A DNA stretch of 64,000 nucleotides from contig OZ218955.1 in the NCBI GenBank assembly GCA_965112735.1, forward strand, positions 186,001 to 250,000, in the 5' to 3' direction. The position numbers and the translations under genes are program-made. The number at the start of each line of letters is the position of its first letter. Position 1 is the first letter of the stretch. The notes under the pieces are model-generated. The model was not told the DNA's origin. It made no database searches and saw nothing but the letters and a program-made list of their open reading frames with translations. Source of the DNA: Phaeosaccion multiseriatum. Lineage: Eukaryota > Protista > Ochrophyta, other classes. Shown here piece by piece: positions 47,167-59,140 of this stretch.

Positions 47167-48423
47167 TGTGTGTGATGTATTATAGAAGAACCGCAGCTAG
47201 CTGTGAAATGTCATCTACAGCTTCACAGACGGCGACGACGACGACGACGAAGATGAAGACGAGGAGACACCGCCACCGCATGCGCCATTCCGAGGAGGGC
47301 GGACAGCACTCATCCTCTAGGGTGACAAGAAGAGCCGGCCGTGGCACTCGCACGCAAGGCACGCACGGCCACAAGGCTGAGCCTGAGGCCCTTCCCCGTG
47401 GCCGTCGCACAGTCGCACAGTCGCACAGTCGGCGCTGACAGCTGCGCGGGTGGTTCCTCGCTTAGCCTCCGCAGTGCACTCAGCCACGCCGCAGTCAACC
47501 ACGCCGCAGTCAGTCACGCCAAGATCAGCCACGCCACGATCAGCCACGCCACGATCAGCCACGCCAAGATGAGTCACGCCAAGATCAGCGGCGAGGGTGG
47601 AGAGAGTCACAGGGCCAGGTACATGAGAGGGCACAGGGCTTCCCGAGGGGGTATTTATTGACTTAAGAGGCGAGCGGCGCGGTAGGAGCGTGCCTCGGTC
47701 CCGTGCATGCCTCGACGACAACTGATGCATTCAGGCCTCTCAAGGCCACTCAACTGAGGCTGCAAGAAAGGCGACTAAGGCCCTACAGCTTCATGCCCTG
47801 GAGCCCCCCCGGGTACCCGAAGGGAAGAAGGGACATGTAGAGACGACAATCGAAGGGGGGGGGGCGAAAGCGGCTGCAGCAGCGCAGCCTTGGAGGCGCG
47901 TTGAGAAGCGGAAGCGAGAGCCGTTGCCTCCATTTTCCCTTCCTTCGGCCTGCTCCTATCTGAAGTACCCAAGTGTGTAAAGATGTACAGATGTGTGCGT
48001 TCGGAGAGTCTGTTGGACAAACCTGTCCAGGATGGCAGTGGATGGCGGAGCGTAGCTGCCGATGCATGCCTTAAGGTACCACATAGAGTCTGTTCGACAA
48101 ACCTGTCCAGGATGGCAGCTGCGCATTGACGACAGCCCCAGCGGACTCCAACATTAATCATTTTAAAAAATCAATTTTATTTTATTTATTTGTTTCTCGA
48201 CTTGCGTAAGAATCGCGCTGACAAGTAGGGAAGGGAAAAAGCGATTGAAGCCGAAAGACTATGGATCGATAGGCATCTCAAAGAGCTACACGAAGAACTA
48301 TGCTGTAGCGCTTCTCCCAGCGTCAATTAGCTACATTTGTCCAACAAAATTACTTGGGGCGATTTGGGCGATTCGTACGCAAATCGAATGTTAAAAAACA
48401 AACAAAGGTCATTTGGGACGAGA

Positions 48424-50857
48424 CTAGTGATAGAACACTTTGTCCCTCCACGCGGTCTTGTCACAGATGGCGGTGCCGTCGGAGAATAGCCCCACGGCGT
48501 TTGGCCAGAATCCCTGGTCCGCCCAGCGAGCCACATACGGGCCTGGGCGGTAGTTGACGAACTCCTGAGCAAAGTCCATCACCTCCGGCGAGGTGAAGTA
48601 GCCCAATGCTCCTCCCACGAAGTTGCCATACCACACAAAGTAGTTATCAGTTTCATCTCCCCAGTTGAACCACGGATGCGATTTCCGATAGTGCTTGGTC
48701 ATGCGAGGCTCCTCTCTCGTACCCTCATTTACCCACCACGTCTTGGGCCCTACGTGCTGGGCCTCACCTGCGGACGATTTGTCTCTCTCCGCCTTGTCGA
48801 GAATGGCCGGTAGCACCTGCCGCTCGCACCGCTCGCTCTCCACGTCCACCCGTGTCTTGACGAACTCTCTGAGCCCCGCCTGGCACTCGGCAGGATCCAT
48901 CACCAGCCTCGTGTGAAGAAAAACGTCCTCTCTTTCCGCCATGCCCCGAAACAAGTTCTCGGGAGGGGTAGTGAGAAAGACAATGTCCGTGTCTATCTTG
49001 GCAAAGAAGTGAAAGAAGCGCAGCATCCCCTCCATGGTGTGGAACATGTCGTACACGTACCAGGTGCACATTCGGGTGTACATATAGGTCTCCGAAAAAC
49101 ATTTCTCCGTGCGCCAGTCGGGGGGGAGGTCCTTGGGCGTTTCGAACCCGTCGCTGACGAAGGCCCACGGCATTGTCCGATGAGTCCAGGCCACGATGAA
49201 CAGTGTCTCCCCCACGCCCCCCCCCGGGGCGTCATATTGCACTGTGTAGGCCCGGTACTCGTTGTAGGCATCTGCGGCGGTGCACGATCAAACGCCATCG
49301 GCAGCTACATCAGCAGTAGCAGCAGCAGGAAGGTGCGAGAACAGCATGCGCTCCCACAGTGCATCATCATGACAGAGTCAGAACCAACACCCGCGGCGAA
49401 CGAAGCACCAACATCAGCACCAACATCCGCGACGAACGAAGCGAGGCAACACGCAAGGCGAGCATGTCGAGTGACTCCGAAGGTGCTTCAGAGAATCAGC
49501 TGAAAGAACACAGAGAGAGCGGGCCTGCCTCACCTCTCAGAAACACGCCGTCCTGCTCGGCACCACCCCCTCTCCCTTCGCCGTCGCACTGTGCTTCTCT
49601 GGAGGGAGGCACAACAAGCGACAACCACACACACACGTACGCACACATACATACGCACACATACAGGGGTGACAGGCGGTAGACGGAGCAGGCAAGGGCA
49701 GAGGGAGGGCAGGTGAAAGGGCAGAGAGAGGGTTTGCGTGTTTCCGTCAAAGCACACCCGTTGGCTGGGCCCGAAACAAATTGCTGTCACCCTCCTTCGC
49801 TCACGCCGCCCTACTGACTAGTCCGTAGTCCGTCCCTCCCTCTCCTCCTCACTATGTCGGCTCCCTCTCTCACTGCGTCCGTCCGTCCGTCCGTCCCTCC
49901 CTCCCTTACCCTTTCCGTCTAAAGCATGCCATGGAAGCGGGCACGAGCCCTAGGAACTGCTCCAGGTCCCGCCTGTCTGTCTCCCGCTGTTCCAGCGGCA
50001 TATCCTCGGGGTGGCGATCCATACTCAAGAGGACAACGCCGCTGTCCCCAACAGAAGAGAAGAGGTGCGTCCCCCAGTCCGCCCATGAGACATTAAACTT
50101 TTTATGGGCGTTTTTGAGGTACTGCGTCGTCTGTGCGGCGATGACGATCACTCCTTTGGCCTCTGCCGGCTCCACAGGACGCCTGTTGTTGTTATTGTTT
50201 GTTTTTGTTGATTCAGCGCATGTACGGCCGAGCAAGACGCGACGCTGTCTGTTAGCCCACATAGGGTTCCTCCTCTCCCTCCCCACTCTTTCTGCGAGGC
50301 TTGTGGTCAGCAAACCCCTCCTCTCTAAAGTATCTGCTCCGACGCACCTGTTGGATGTGAAGCGGAGGGCTTTGCTCTTTGGGTCCGTCGCGGAGCAAAA
50401 GGGCTTATCGTTCGGAGTGAGCCCCAGGCTTTGGTCTGCCAAGACAAACTCCTTGCTCTTTCCTTGCCGCCCGGACACGATCCACAGCTGCAGGAAACCG
50501 CGACGATTGGGAGAAGCAGGTAAGGGAAGGGAGGAGGGAGGGGAATGCTCTGCGCCAGCACTTCTCGATAGGATGCAATTACCTCATCATCTCTAAATGG
50601 CTCCCGGTCATGAAGATGCTCCTCCTCCTCCTGCTGCTGCTGCTTTGTGACAGAGGACAGTGGGAAAGAGGGCGAGGGAGGGTGGATGTTGGCGCCAGCA
50701 CTTCGAAGAGAGGTTAAGCGCTCTCATCTTCTCTCCCCTCTTGTTGTACCCGTCCTACCTCAGGGGAAGCAGGCTGCCAGGTCCATAACGTGATCGCTAG
50801 GAACGCTAGAAGAAAGCATGCGACACATACACCTAAACGTAAGCGTGGGAGGCGCAT
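48424..50857 (-). CDS. GT15-like glycosyltransferase copy 2 (no MITE; ends 5 codons early by AAG>TAG)
   Basis: Same exon layout and motifs as copy 1, with the exon carrying the MITE site uninterrupted. The junction into the last exon is uncertain (a micro-exon may be needed). Confidence 0.7.
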
Positions 50858-51981
50858 ATACCTCCTTTTCCTCCCTCCCCCCCCCCCCCCCCCATCACCA
50901 ACTCTCCTACTTGACGGAGACTCGGTAGTGCACAGCTTGGGGGGGTATCTTCATTCTCTTCCAGACAAAGGCCACAACTCCTACTCTATGTGGAGAGCAC
51001 TCGGCTCCTTGCAGACGAAGTCAAGCACGTAGCTGTGGCGGTTCAATGGAAGGGGATATAATTGACTTAGGTATTCCCCTCCCCCCCCTAAAGGCTGGCT
51101 GCCAGGCTGGCTTTGGGGTTGCTATGACCTTGTCCATGCGTCTACTTCTATCCTATGTGGAGAACAACATGACTCTTTACAACGTCACGGAGGAGCGTGG
51201 CTGCTCCGAGAAAAAATCCCCTCAGGGGCCAAGCTCACTTTACTTTATGATGCCATCTGGGCTGCCTAACAGTAACGACTTAAACCGCCCCCAAGTTTTT
51301 TTTGCGCGTCAGTCTCCTCCGAGCGAAGCAAAGGTACGCAGTGGATGCCCGCAATTGTCATGTGCCGAATCTCCCGCTGAGGAAGGGAGGGGGGACGGTG
51401 CACGATTGAAGAACCAACAGTTGCACGAGTTGCAAGAGTTGACTCCAACGGCGGAGGGCCGTCGACCTCCCCCCCCATCAACAGGGGAGAACTCGCGCAA
51501 GGGCCGACATGCCCCTCCGCGCAAAGGGCGTGAGCCCCCCCCCCCGCATCTTCATTCTTTCGTCACTCTTTAGGAAAAAGGACACTCACTCCTTGGTCTT
51601 TACGTACGGCGGCTTGGGTTCCTCCGACGAGAGCACGAGGGCCCAAAGGTTGGCACATGCTGAGGTCGATACGGCGGATCAACATCAGATCTGAAGCTCA
51701 CTGGAGTATACGGAGCTTAGATACTGTTGCTGGTGCTCAGCCACCTACTGCTGCACGCACGTATCCTCGGGTACCTCGCAGGAGGTAAGGCAGAGTAGAG
51801 AGTTTGTACGGAGGGATTGTGACGCAAGCAACATATGTTTATAATACAAACATTGCCATTGCCTCTTCCCCTCCCTTCCCCTCCTACAACTGTGTAAGTC
51901 AAAAAATATATGGCCTCCTTCCAATCGTCTGCTTCAAGGTCGTGCCTTCCCCCTCCCCCATCAACTGCCATCCACGCCTCG

Positions 51982-52955
51982 TCAGCTGTTGAAGAGCGCC
52001 CGATTCGCCGTTCGCTCCTTCCTGTTGACGAACCTCGCGGCGCCGCCTCCGTCAGCCCCCTGCGTCTCTCGCTGAATTCTCACTTGCAACTCCACCATTT
52101 TGAGAAACGCCTTTTGAGAAGGAAAGAGGGAGGAGGGAGGACAAGGACAATACTTTTAGTGCCACATAAGTTAAGGAGAGGGAGGGGCATGCTCCACCCG
52201 CCCGCCCCATCGCTCGAGGGCGCCCACACCCCCCTCCCCCCATCCACTGCCGTCCCCCACCTTCTTGAGCGCCCCGCTGATGGCCTCTCCCCGCTTGGTG
52301 TCAGGATCGAGGACTTTGGCAGCGTAGGCCACGCTCTCCAGCGTGCTAAGGCAGTGCGGAAAGGGCTCTCGCCGAAACTCATACTGAGAGGTGCCCGCAT
52401 CTGCAATCTGGACCTGATCATATATATATCGTATTATGCAATGAATTGCATTTTGTTTGGGGTGATTTGGGGAAAGGTTTTTTTGCAAATTCGTTGCGGG
52501 AGGAAGCACAGGGAGGCACCGCACACCCCGCAAAGAGGGGTGGGGTGGGTACGTGGTGTCGATGAGCGTCGGAAGGCAGAGAGGCCAGCGACGGACCAAA
52601 GCAAGGCCAGAGGGAGCAGTGAGGGCTGGGTGTCGGAAGCAACGTCTTCTCTTCTCTTGGCTGTGTCAACGGTCCTTGCCCGCTCCTCCTCCCTGACTGA
52701 CCGAAGGACCGCCGCTTGACCACCCCCCTTGCCTGCCCCCTTGCCTGCCCCTTTCCCTGCCCATATGCCTGCCCCTGCCCCTGCCCATATGCCTGCCTCT
52801 GACCCTGCCCTCTCCCTGCCCATACTCCTGCCCCTTCTCCTGCCCCCTCTCCTCACATGCCTTCTCCCTTCGATTGAGTCACGGCACTGCACTCACCAGG
52901 CTACACTGCTCCACAAGAAACGGGTTCCTCGCCAGGAGACTCTTCGCCTGGCTCC

Positions 52956-52987
<32 letters not shown>

Positions 52988-55139
52988 TGGGTGGGTGGGT
53001 TGGTGGGTGGGAGTGGGGAAAAGCCGCGGTGGGTGGGGGGGGTAATTGTACGACAGCCAGGAGAAAGAAGGCAGTCCACGACAGTTCAGGGTAGAAGGGG
53101 GGAAGGCGAAGGCAATGGGTCAGAAGTGTCCCGCTGTGGTTGGGGAGGGGAGAAGGGCGAGCGCCCTCTTGGACGTGACCCTTGGAGTGCACTTATTCTC
53201 AAAAGGGGATGTGGTGATACGTGAAGAGCAACGCAGATTCCCCGCCCAAAGGAATCCGTTCTGGGCCATTTGAGACGTCGTTGGAACAAAGGCTCAGCTC
53301 TGCTACCAGATCTGTAGCTCTTTCTCTGCCCACATGCCTCCACTCTCTGCCCATACACCTCCATCCATTCTCTGCCCATACGCCTATGCCTCACCAGGTA
53401 CCGTCGAGAAGGACCAGCGTGAGCATGCCATCCGTATCCCTTCCACTGCCATCCGTATCCCTTCCACTGCCATCGCCCCCCTCTGCTGTCTGGTGCCGCG
53501 CTGCCCTCTCCCGAGCCAGATCCTGCGTCGTGTCATCGTCATCATGAAGGCCCACCACGCACATACATATACACACACATATACACACATATACACACAT
53601 ATGCGCACACGCACAGAGAGAGAGAGAGGGAGAGAGAGAGAGAGAGACGCAAAGAGAGAGAGAGAGAGACGCAAAGAGAGAAGGCGGGTCAAGATGGTCA
53701 AGATGGTCAGGACGGTCAAGCTGGTCAAGCTGGTAAAGGTGGTCAAGATGGTCAAGATGGTCAAGATGGTCAAGATGGATCAGGATGGTAGCGGCAACCC
53801 CCGACGCACTTTGCTCAGAGGATGGGGGGGTGATAAGAAAGGCATCTTACCTCTATGTTCACAGATGACGGCGTGGGGTAGAAGAGCAAAGGCTTGCCTC
53901 CGCCTCCGTCCCCCCCCCCTCCCGCATCTGTGCCCCTGTCCGCCGCTCGGCCCGCATCCGCCTCACTGAGACACGAACTTTCCTCCTCCTGTTCCCCCAC
54001 CTCCTCCCAGAAGAGAAAACTCTCCTCCTCCACCCCCTCCTTCTCCTCCTCCTCTCCCCTTTCTGCCTCTGCCGACTGGCACTCCCTCTCCCTCTCTCTC
54101 TGGCGCTGCCTCTTGCGGGAGGCCTCGGCTATCGTCTTTGCGACAATGTCCTCGGGAAAGTCCACCCCGACCGCCACGTGCACCTAGTGGGGTGGAAGGG
54201 GAAGATGGCAGTGGATGGGGAGGGGGGGCGTTGGCCGTGAATGGGCTGCGTCGTTCTCATTTCCCTGCCCCCCCGGGGTTGCTCGGCAGCCTTCTCGGGA
54301 GGCTTCAGTCCTCAGGGCCGTCAACGCAGGAGGACTCAGGAGCGTAAAGTGGGGCCGGCTCAAGGTGCAATGAGGCGACACTGTGGAAATGATGTGTTCC
54401 ACAATCACATTTCGCTCACGTATGAAGGGAGGCACACGGCCTGTCCAACAATAACAGGACAAGAATCCTGCCTCTGTTCTTGCCTTGCACGTCTCCTCCC
54501 CCACACTCTCCATCAAGCCAAACAAAAACTCACATTCTCCATGACCATGCCGATGAGTGGCACGCTGGAAACAACTCTCCTCTTTGTCTCCGCGGGGTGC
54601 TGAAGGATGACGACCTGCACCCCGGACGGCAAGCGAGACGCGGGGAAGGCACAGCACACGCACACCTTCGCCGGGCGAATGCACCTGCTGCACACCTCCC
54701 GCGCCAGGGGTGCATCGTGCTGGACGTATCTCGGTCGTCGCCTCCCTGAGTGCGCTGCGTCTTGTGGGGGCGCATCTATCGCAGACCTTCGCGCCTCCTC
54801 CCTGCGCTCGCGCTGGAAGCCCTCCTCGATCTCCTTCTGCTGCTGTCGTCGCCGCTCCTTGCGCTCCCACTGCATCCGCTGCTGCTCCTGCCTGTCTTGA
54901 TGCCCCTTCTTGTCTTGCTGTCCCTCCTGTTCCTGCTGCTGCGGCGCCTTGCGGGGAGGAGCTGAGGATGAGATGTAGCCCCTCAAGACGGGACCACTTG
55001 TCTGCTGCTGCTTGTGCTCTCCAAAGGGAGATCTTATGGGCGGGGGCACGAAGGCAGCCGAATGAGTAGCGGCTGAGGCCATGTACCACAGCACCAGACA
55101 GTCTCTACGGAGGAGGATGCGCGTTACTGCGTTTCTCAT
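51982..55139 (-). CDS. DTWD2: DTW-domain tRNA-uridine aminocarboxypropyltransferase (6 exons), probably plastid-targeted
   Basis: CSRCIRPAKVCVC, VVILQHPAE, LLFYP, LVLLDGTW, YEFRREP..CLSTLES and FLKMVELQ motifs. GT-AG junctions at ~54534, 53863, 53395, 52897 and 52262. Confidence 0.85.
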
Positions 55140-55336
55140 TGGCTCCTCATTCCTTTCCAGGCCATCCGCGCGAGAGGGACCCTATCTTCTACAGTTGGCA
55201 AGGGGGTTGGTGATTTTGGCGTTTCGGATCTCGTCTGGCTGGAAGGCTCAGCTGCCTTCGGTCGACGCGAAAAGGGTAGCTTTGATTCTCGGGGGCGCCT
55301 TGTCAGGTTACAGCTCAAGGCGGTGCGGAGGCTCCG

Positions 55337-58300
55337 ATGGGTAAGATGAGCCCATCCTCCCCAAATGGAAAGATGCGTCCCGCTTCCCCAAATGGAAAGA
55401 TGCGTCCCGCTTCCCCGAAGGGGGGTCTCGAGAAGCTCGGGTCCAGCAACAACAAGGGCGGCGGAAGTGAGAGGGAGAAAGAGAAGGAGAGGGGGAAACC
55501 GACCGGAGAGGAGGTGGAGACCGCGAGAGGAAGGGAAAAGTGGTCCACAGACAAGAGGAAGAGTAAGGCTGCTGAGGAAGACGACGATCTGTACGACGAT
55601 GACGATGACTTTCAGTTGGTTGAAGCTGCTGAGGCAAAAGGGGGAGGTCCAGAGGACAAGGAGGAAGAGGAGGACGAGGAGGAGGAGTGGGACATGGTGA
55701 AAGAGACCGAGAAAGACGTGGGGCCATCCTTTGGAGGTGCCCCGTCTGCTTGCTGGACCATAGCCTTTCCGTGCCGGAGCGACTGCGCGGGGAGTGGCGA
55801 GCCCCTATTGGCAGCCGTGCTCAGCGGCGATGTCAGTCTTGTGGAGGACATCTGGGAGAAGCGGAGTCCGCAACAAGCGAGAGGAGGCGGGTCCGTAGAG
55901 AGGGTGTTGGTGAAGGACAAGAGGCAGCGGACAGCGCTGCACTACGCCGTGGCATCGGGGAGGGCGAAAATGGTCAAACTGCTCATGAACGCTTGGCGCC
56001 CCCCCCTAAAGAGATCGCTAAGGAGGGCACAGAGGGCACTGGACAGCCGCAGAGACGCTTTCGTGGGCAGCCTCCTTGAGCGGTTCGGGGAAAAGGGGAG
56101 GGGCAGTGGGGGTGGTGACAAGGAGCGAAGGCTCGTGGAGCTTGTGGGGGATGTGAAGCGCTTCGGTCAGTGGCTGACAGAAGAGCGGTGCCGCCTGCTG
56201 CGAGCGTCGGAGCTCAAGTGCGAGGCCTGCTGGAGAGAGGTTATCTCTGCCAAGGACTTTCAGGGCCACACAGCCCTTCACTGGGCCGCTGCCTCGCGCT
56301 CCCGAGACTCGGACGTCATCCTGTCCGTGCTGCTCTCCACCGGAAGGGCGGACTTGTCGAGCCAGACCGGGGGGCAGGGCATCGACCGAGACGAGGCGAT
56401 TCTCTGTGTACTCGCAGATATGATGGAGGAGGCAGCGGCAGCGGCAGCGGCAGCAACAACAGCAGCAGATGGAGGAGGAGGTTGCAGCGGGGTGTCAGGA
56501 CCTTCTGTAACCGCTGTGGCGAGGGCCGTCAAGGAGGCGGGTGGTCGGGCGCTGCCCCTGGAGGAGTCTCAGTGGCCCGTCTTCTCCAAGGGGGCGCACC
56601 GCGTGGGGATCGAGGAGTACCACACGAGTACTGGGCGCACCAGGAGGCAGCAGGAGGACGTACAGCAGCTGGTGATACAGCAGCAGCAAGAGGAGCAGCA
56701 GGACGGGGTAGCCAAGACAGTTTCCGTTTCCTTCGCAATGTTCGCCCCCCAAGCCTCGTCGCACGGCATGGGCAGAACCAATACACTGTACTCTCCCGGG
56801 GGACGTCAGGGGCATAGGGGAGGAGAGCAACCATCGGCTGATCTCGTGAAGGTGGGTGACAGGAGGGGATGACAGAAGAGGGAGCAACGAAGCTTGGGGG
56901 GATTCTCGCGCTGTATTTTACGTACAACGTTGTGGTTGCTCGGATCTGCGTGCGTCTGTTTATCGTGCAGTGTGGCATCTCTCTTTCCCCTCGCCTCCCT
57001 CGGCTCTTTTGTCCTGTCCTGGCCTCATATGCCTCTAACTATTCGCTCTCCTCCTCCCCTGCCTCTGAAACAAACAACACACAAACAAACAAAGGTCAAG
57101 TGGTTTTGCAAGAGTGTTCGCACAACAGCCCAGAGGGTCATGGACGCTGAGAACAAGGCCAACAGCAGTCCGCGGGGCAGCAATTACCACCACCACCGCC
57201 ACCACAGCCAGCGGCCTCGCTCCCTCCGCTCATGGCTAGTGGCAGTATTCGAGGAGTTCGATCGGAGAGGTCGCAGCACTGTCAGCCTGAGCGACTTCCG
57301 GGAAGCGCTGGTGCAGAGCCTCGGCATCCGAGTCACTAATGGCACGCTGCTAGAGGTAGGGGCGTACTTCCGAGCAGGGGCGCCGAGGGGAGGTGGGGCG
57401 AGGGCGATGGCGACCACTCGAAGAACCACCACGCACACCACACGATACGGCAGTCTGAGTAGCAGCGGGAGCAGCGGGAGTCTACTGGGGGGCTCAGGGG
57501 GGGAGAGAGGAGGGATGGCAGCAGATGGAGGGCGGGGGCTCATGCTGGACTATGACTCGCTCGTGGATGCAGTTTTGTACGGCCTGGAAGGAACAGGAGG
57601 AGGAGGAGGAGGAGGGGATGGCAGTGGATGGGGGGAGAGGGAGCGGCGCTCAGAGAGAGGGGAGTCCAAGGGGGGGGAAGCCAAGGAGGAGGATGACGAC
57701 GACCTGGAGTACCACCACGCCCACAAGAGCCGAGACATGTGCTGGGGTATGGAGGAGGAGAAGGAGGAGAAGGAGAGAGGGGGGCACTACACTACGGTGC
57801 TGGAGGTGCTGCGTGAGCGCGTGCGTGTGTTAGATCTGAGGGACGGGCAGGGCCGTCCTGCGCTCCTCTTCGCCGCCGCCGGAGACAGGCAGCGTGTGGC
57901 TAAGATGCTGCTGAAGCACGGGGCGAGTCCAGAGGTACGTAGGGAAGCAGAGAGGGAGAGGAGGGAGGGCAAGAGAGAGAGAGGGGGGAGAGGAATGGTA
58001 AGGGAGGGAGAGAGAAGAAGAGGACGAGGATGAATCTGAATCGGAGGCATGGCGCCTTCCCTAACGCCCTCTCATGCCTCATGCTCGTCTGCGATGGATG
58101 ACTTGGTGTCAGATGGAGGCGGGAGGTGGCGTGAATGCCCTCTCTGTCAGCGGCACAGCACACATGCGATCAGCCATCTGTGATTCGGTCCGAGCCAAAG
58201 CCGAGAGACTCGTAAACAGCGGCAGCATGGTCAGGCGCGGGGAGGTGGGGACGGCAGTGAATGGGGGAGGGAGAAGCAGTAGGAGGAGACGAGGGCATGA

Positions 58301-59106
58301 GAGTGGCCACGGGGGCAAGGACAGCGAGGTGGGCGACAAGCACGACCACGACGACGACAACTGTGATGACAACGATAACAACTTGTGCAGCGGCGGCGGC
58401 TTGAGCCGGATGGAACGGAGCCTGCTCATGATCGGCCAGATGGAGGCCACCAGGGGGGGGATGGCAGTGGATGGCGAGGGGGGGACAGGGGCGCTGCACA
58501 TGGCCTGTCGGGCGGGACTGCCGAGGGTGGCGGAGGAGCTCCTGGACCAAGGTGAGTGGAGGCGAGTGCGTGAGAAGGGAGGGAGGTGCGTGGAGGTGTA
58601 TGGGTGGGGAGGGAGGGCGGGCGGGCTGGAGGGAGGGAAGCCTTACGCGGCGTCGAGAGAGTGGAGACACATACCCACGCGCCCACACATGCACCACGGT
58701 CACAATTGGCGTGGGGAGCTACACGCAACCCATCGTCTTCGCCCTCCGACGGCACCCCCCGCTCGTGCTCCCACTGCGCTACAGCCACTCGTGTGCCTAC
58801 CACAAACCGAATACAAAACAAACCTTGTCCTTCCTTGCCCATATTCAACACACCCACTGATCAGGGATTGGCCTGTCCCCGCGAGATGGCATGCTCGAGC
58901 CCGACGCCAACGGGTGGACGGCGCTACACCACTGCAGCAGCGGGGGACGCGCCGGCCATCTGCACTGCGCCACTCTCCTCCTGCGGGCAGGGGCGGTGGG
59001 TAGCGTGGACAGCCAGACACACGGAGGCCTCACTGCCGTACACGTGGCGGCTGCGGGTCTGCCCGCTGATCGACGCACCATGGTCCTACACGCCGCCGGA
59101 ACCGCC

Positions 59107-59140
<34 letters not shown>

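Larger units (their letters stand above)
43345..50875. repeat. Tandem segmental duplication: 43345..~46830 and 47217..~50875
   Basis: Near-identical blocks, both starting ACAGCTTCACAGACGGCGACG. Each holds the last ~240 bp of the HEAT gene CDS, a 15-bp CAGCCACGCCAAGAT minisatellite and a GT15-like gene. Confidence 0.95.

Noticed and set aside
51046-51790. 175-aa ORF and neighbours between GT15 copy 2 and the DTW gene
   Set aside because: No recognisable motif or consistent splice structure. It may be a degraded element but cannot be supported.
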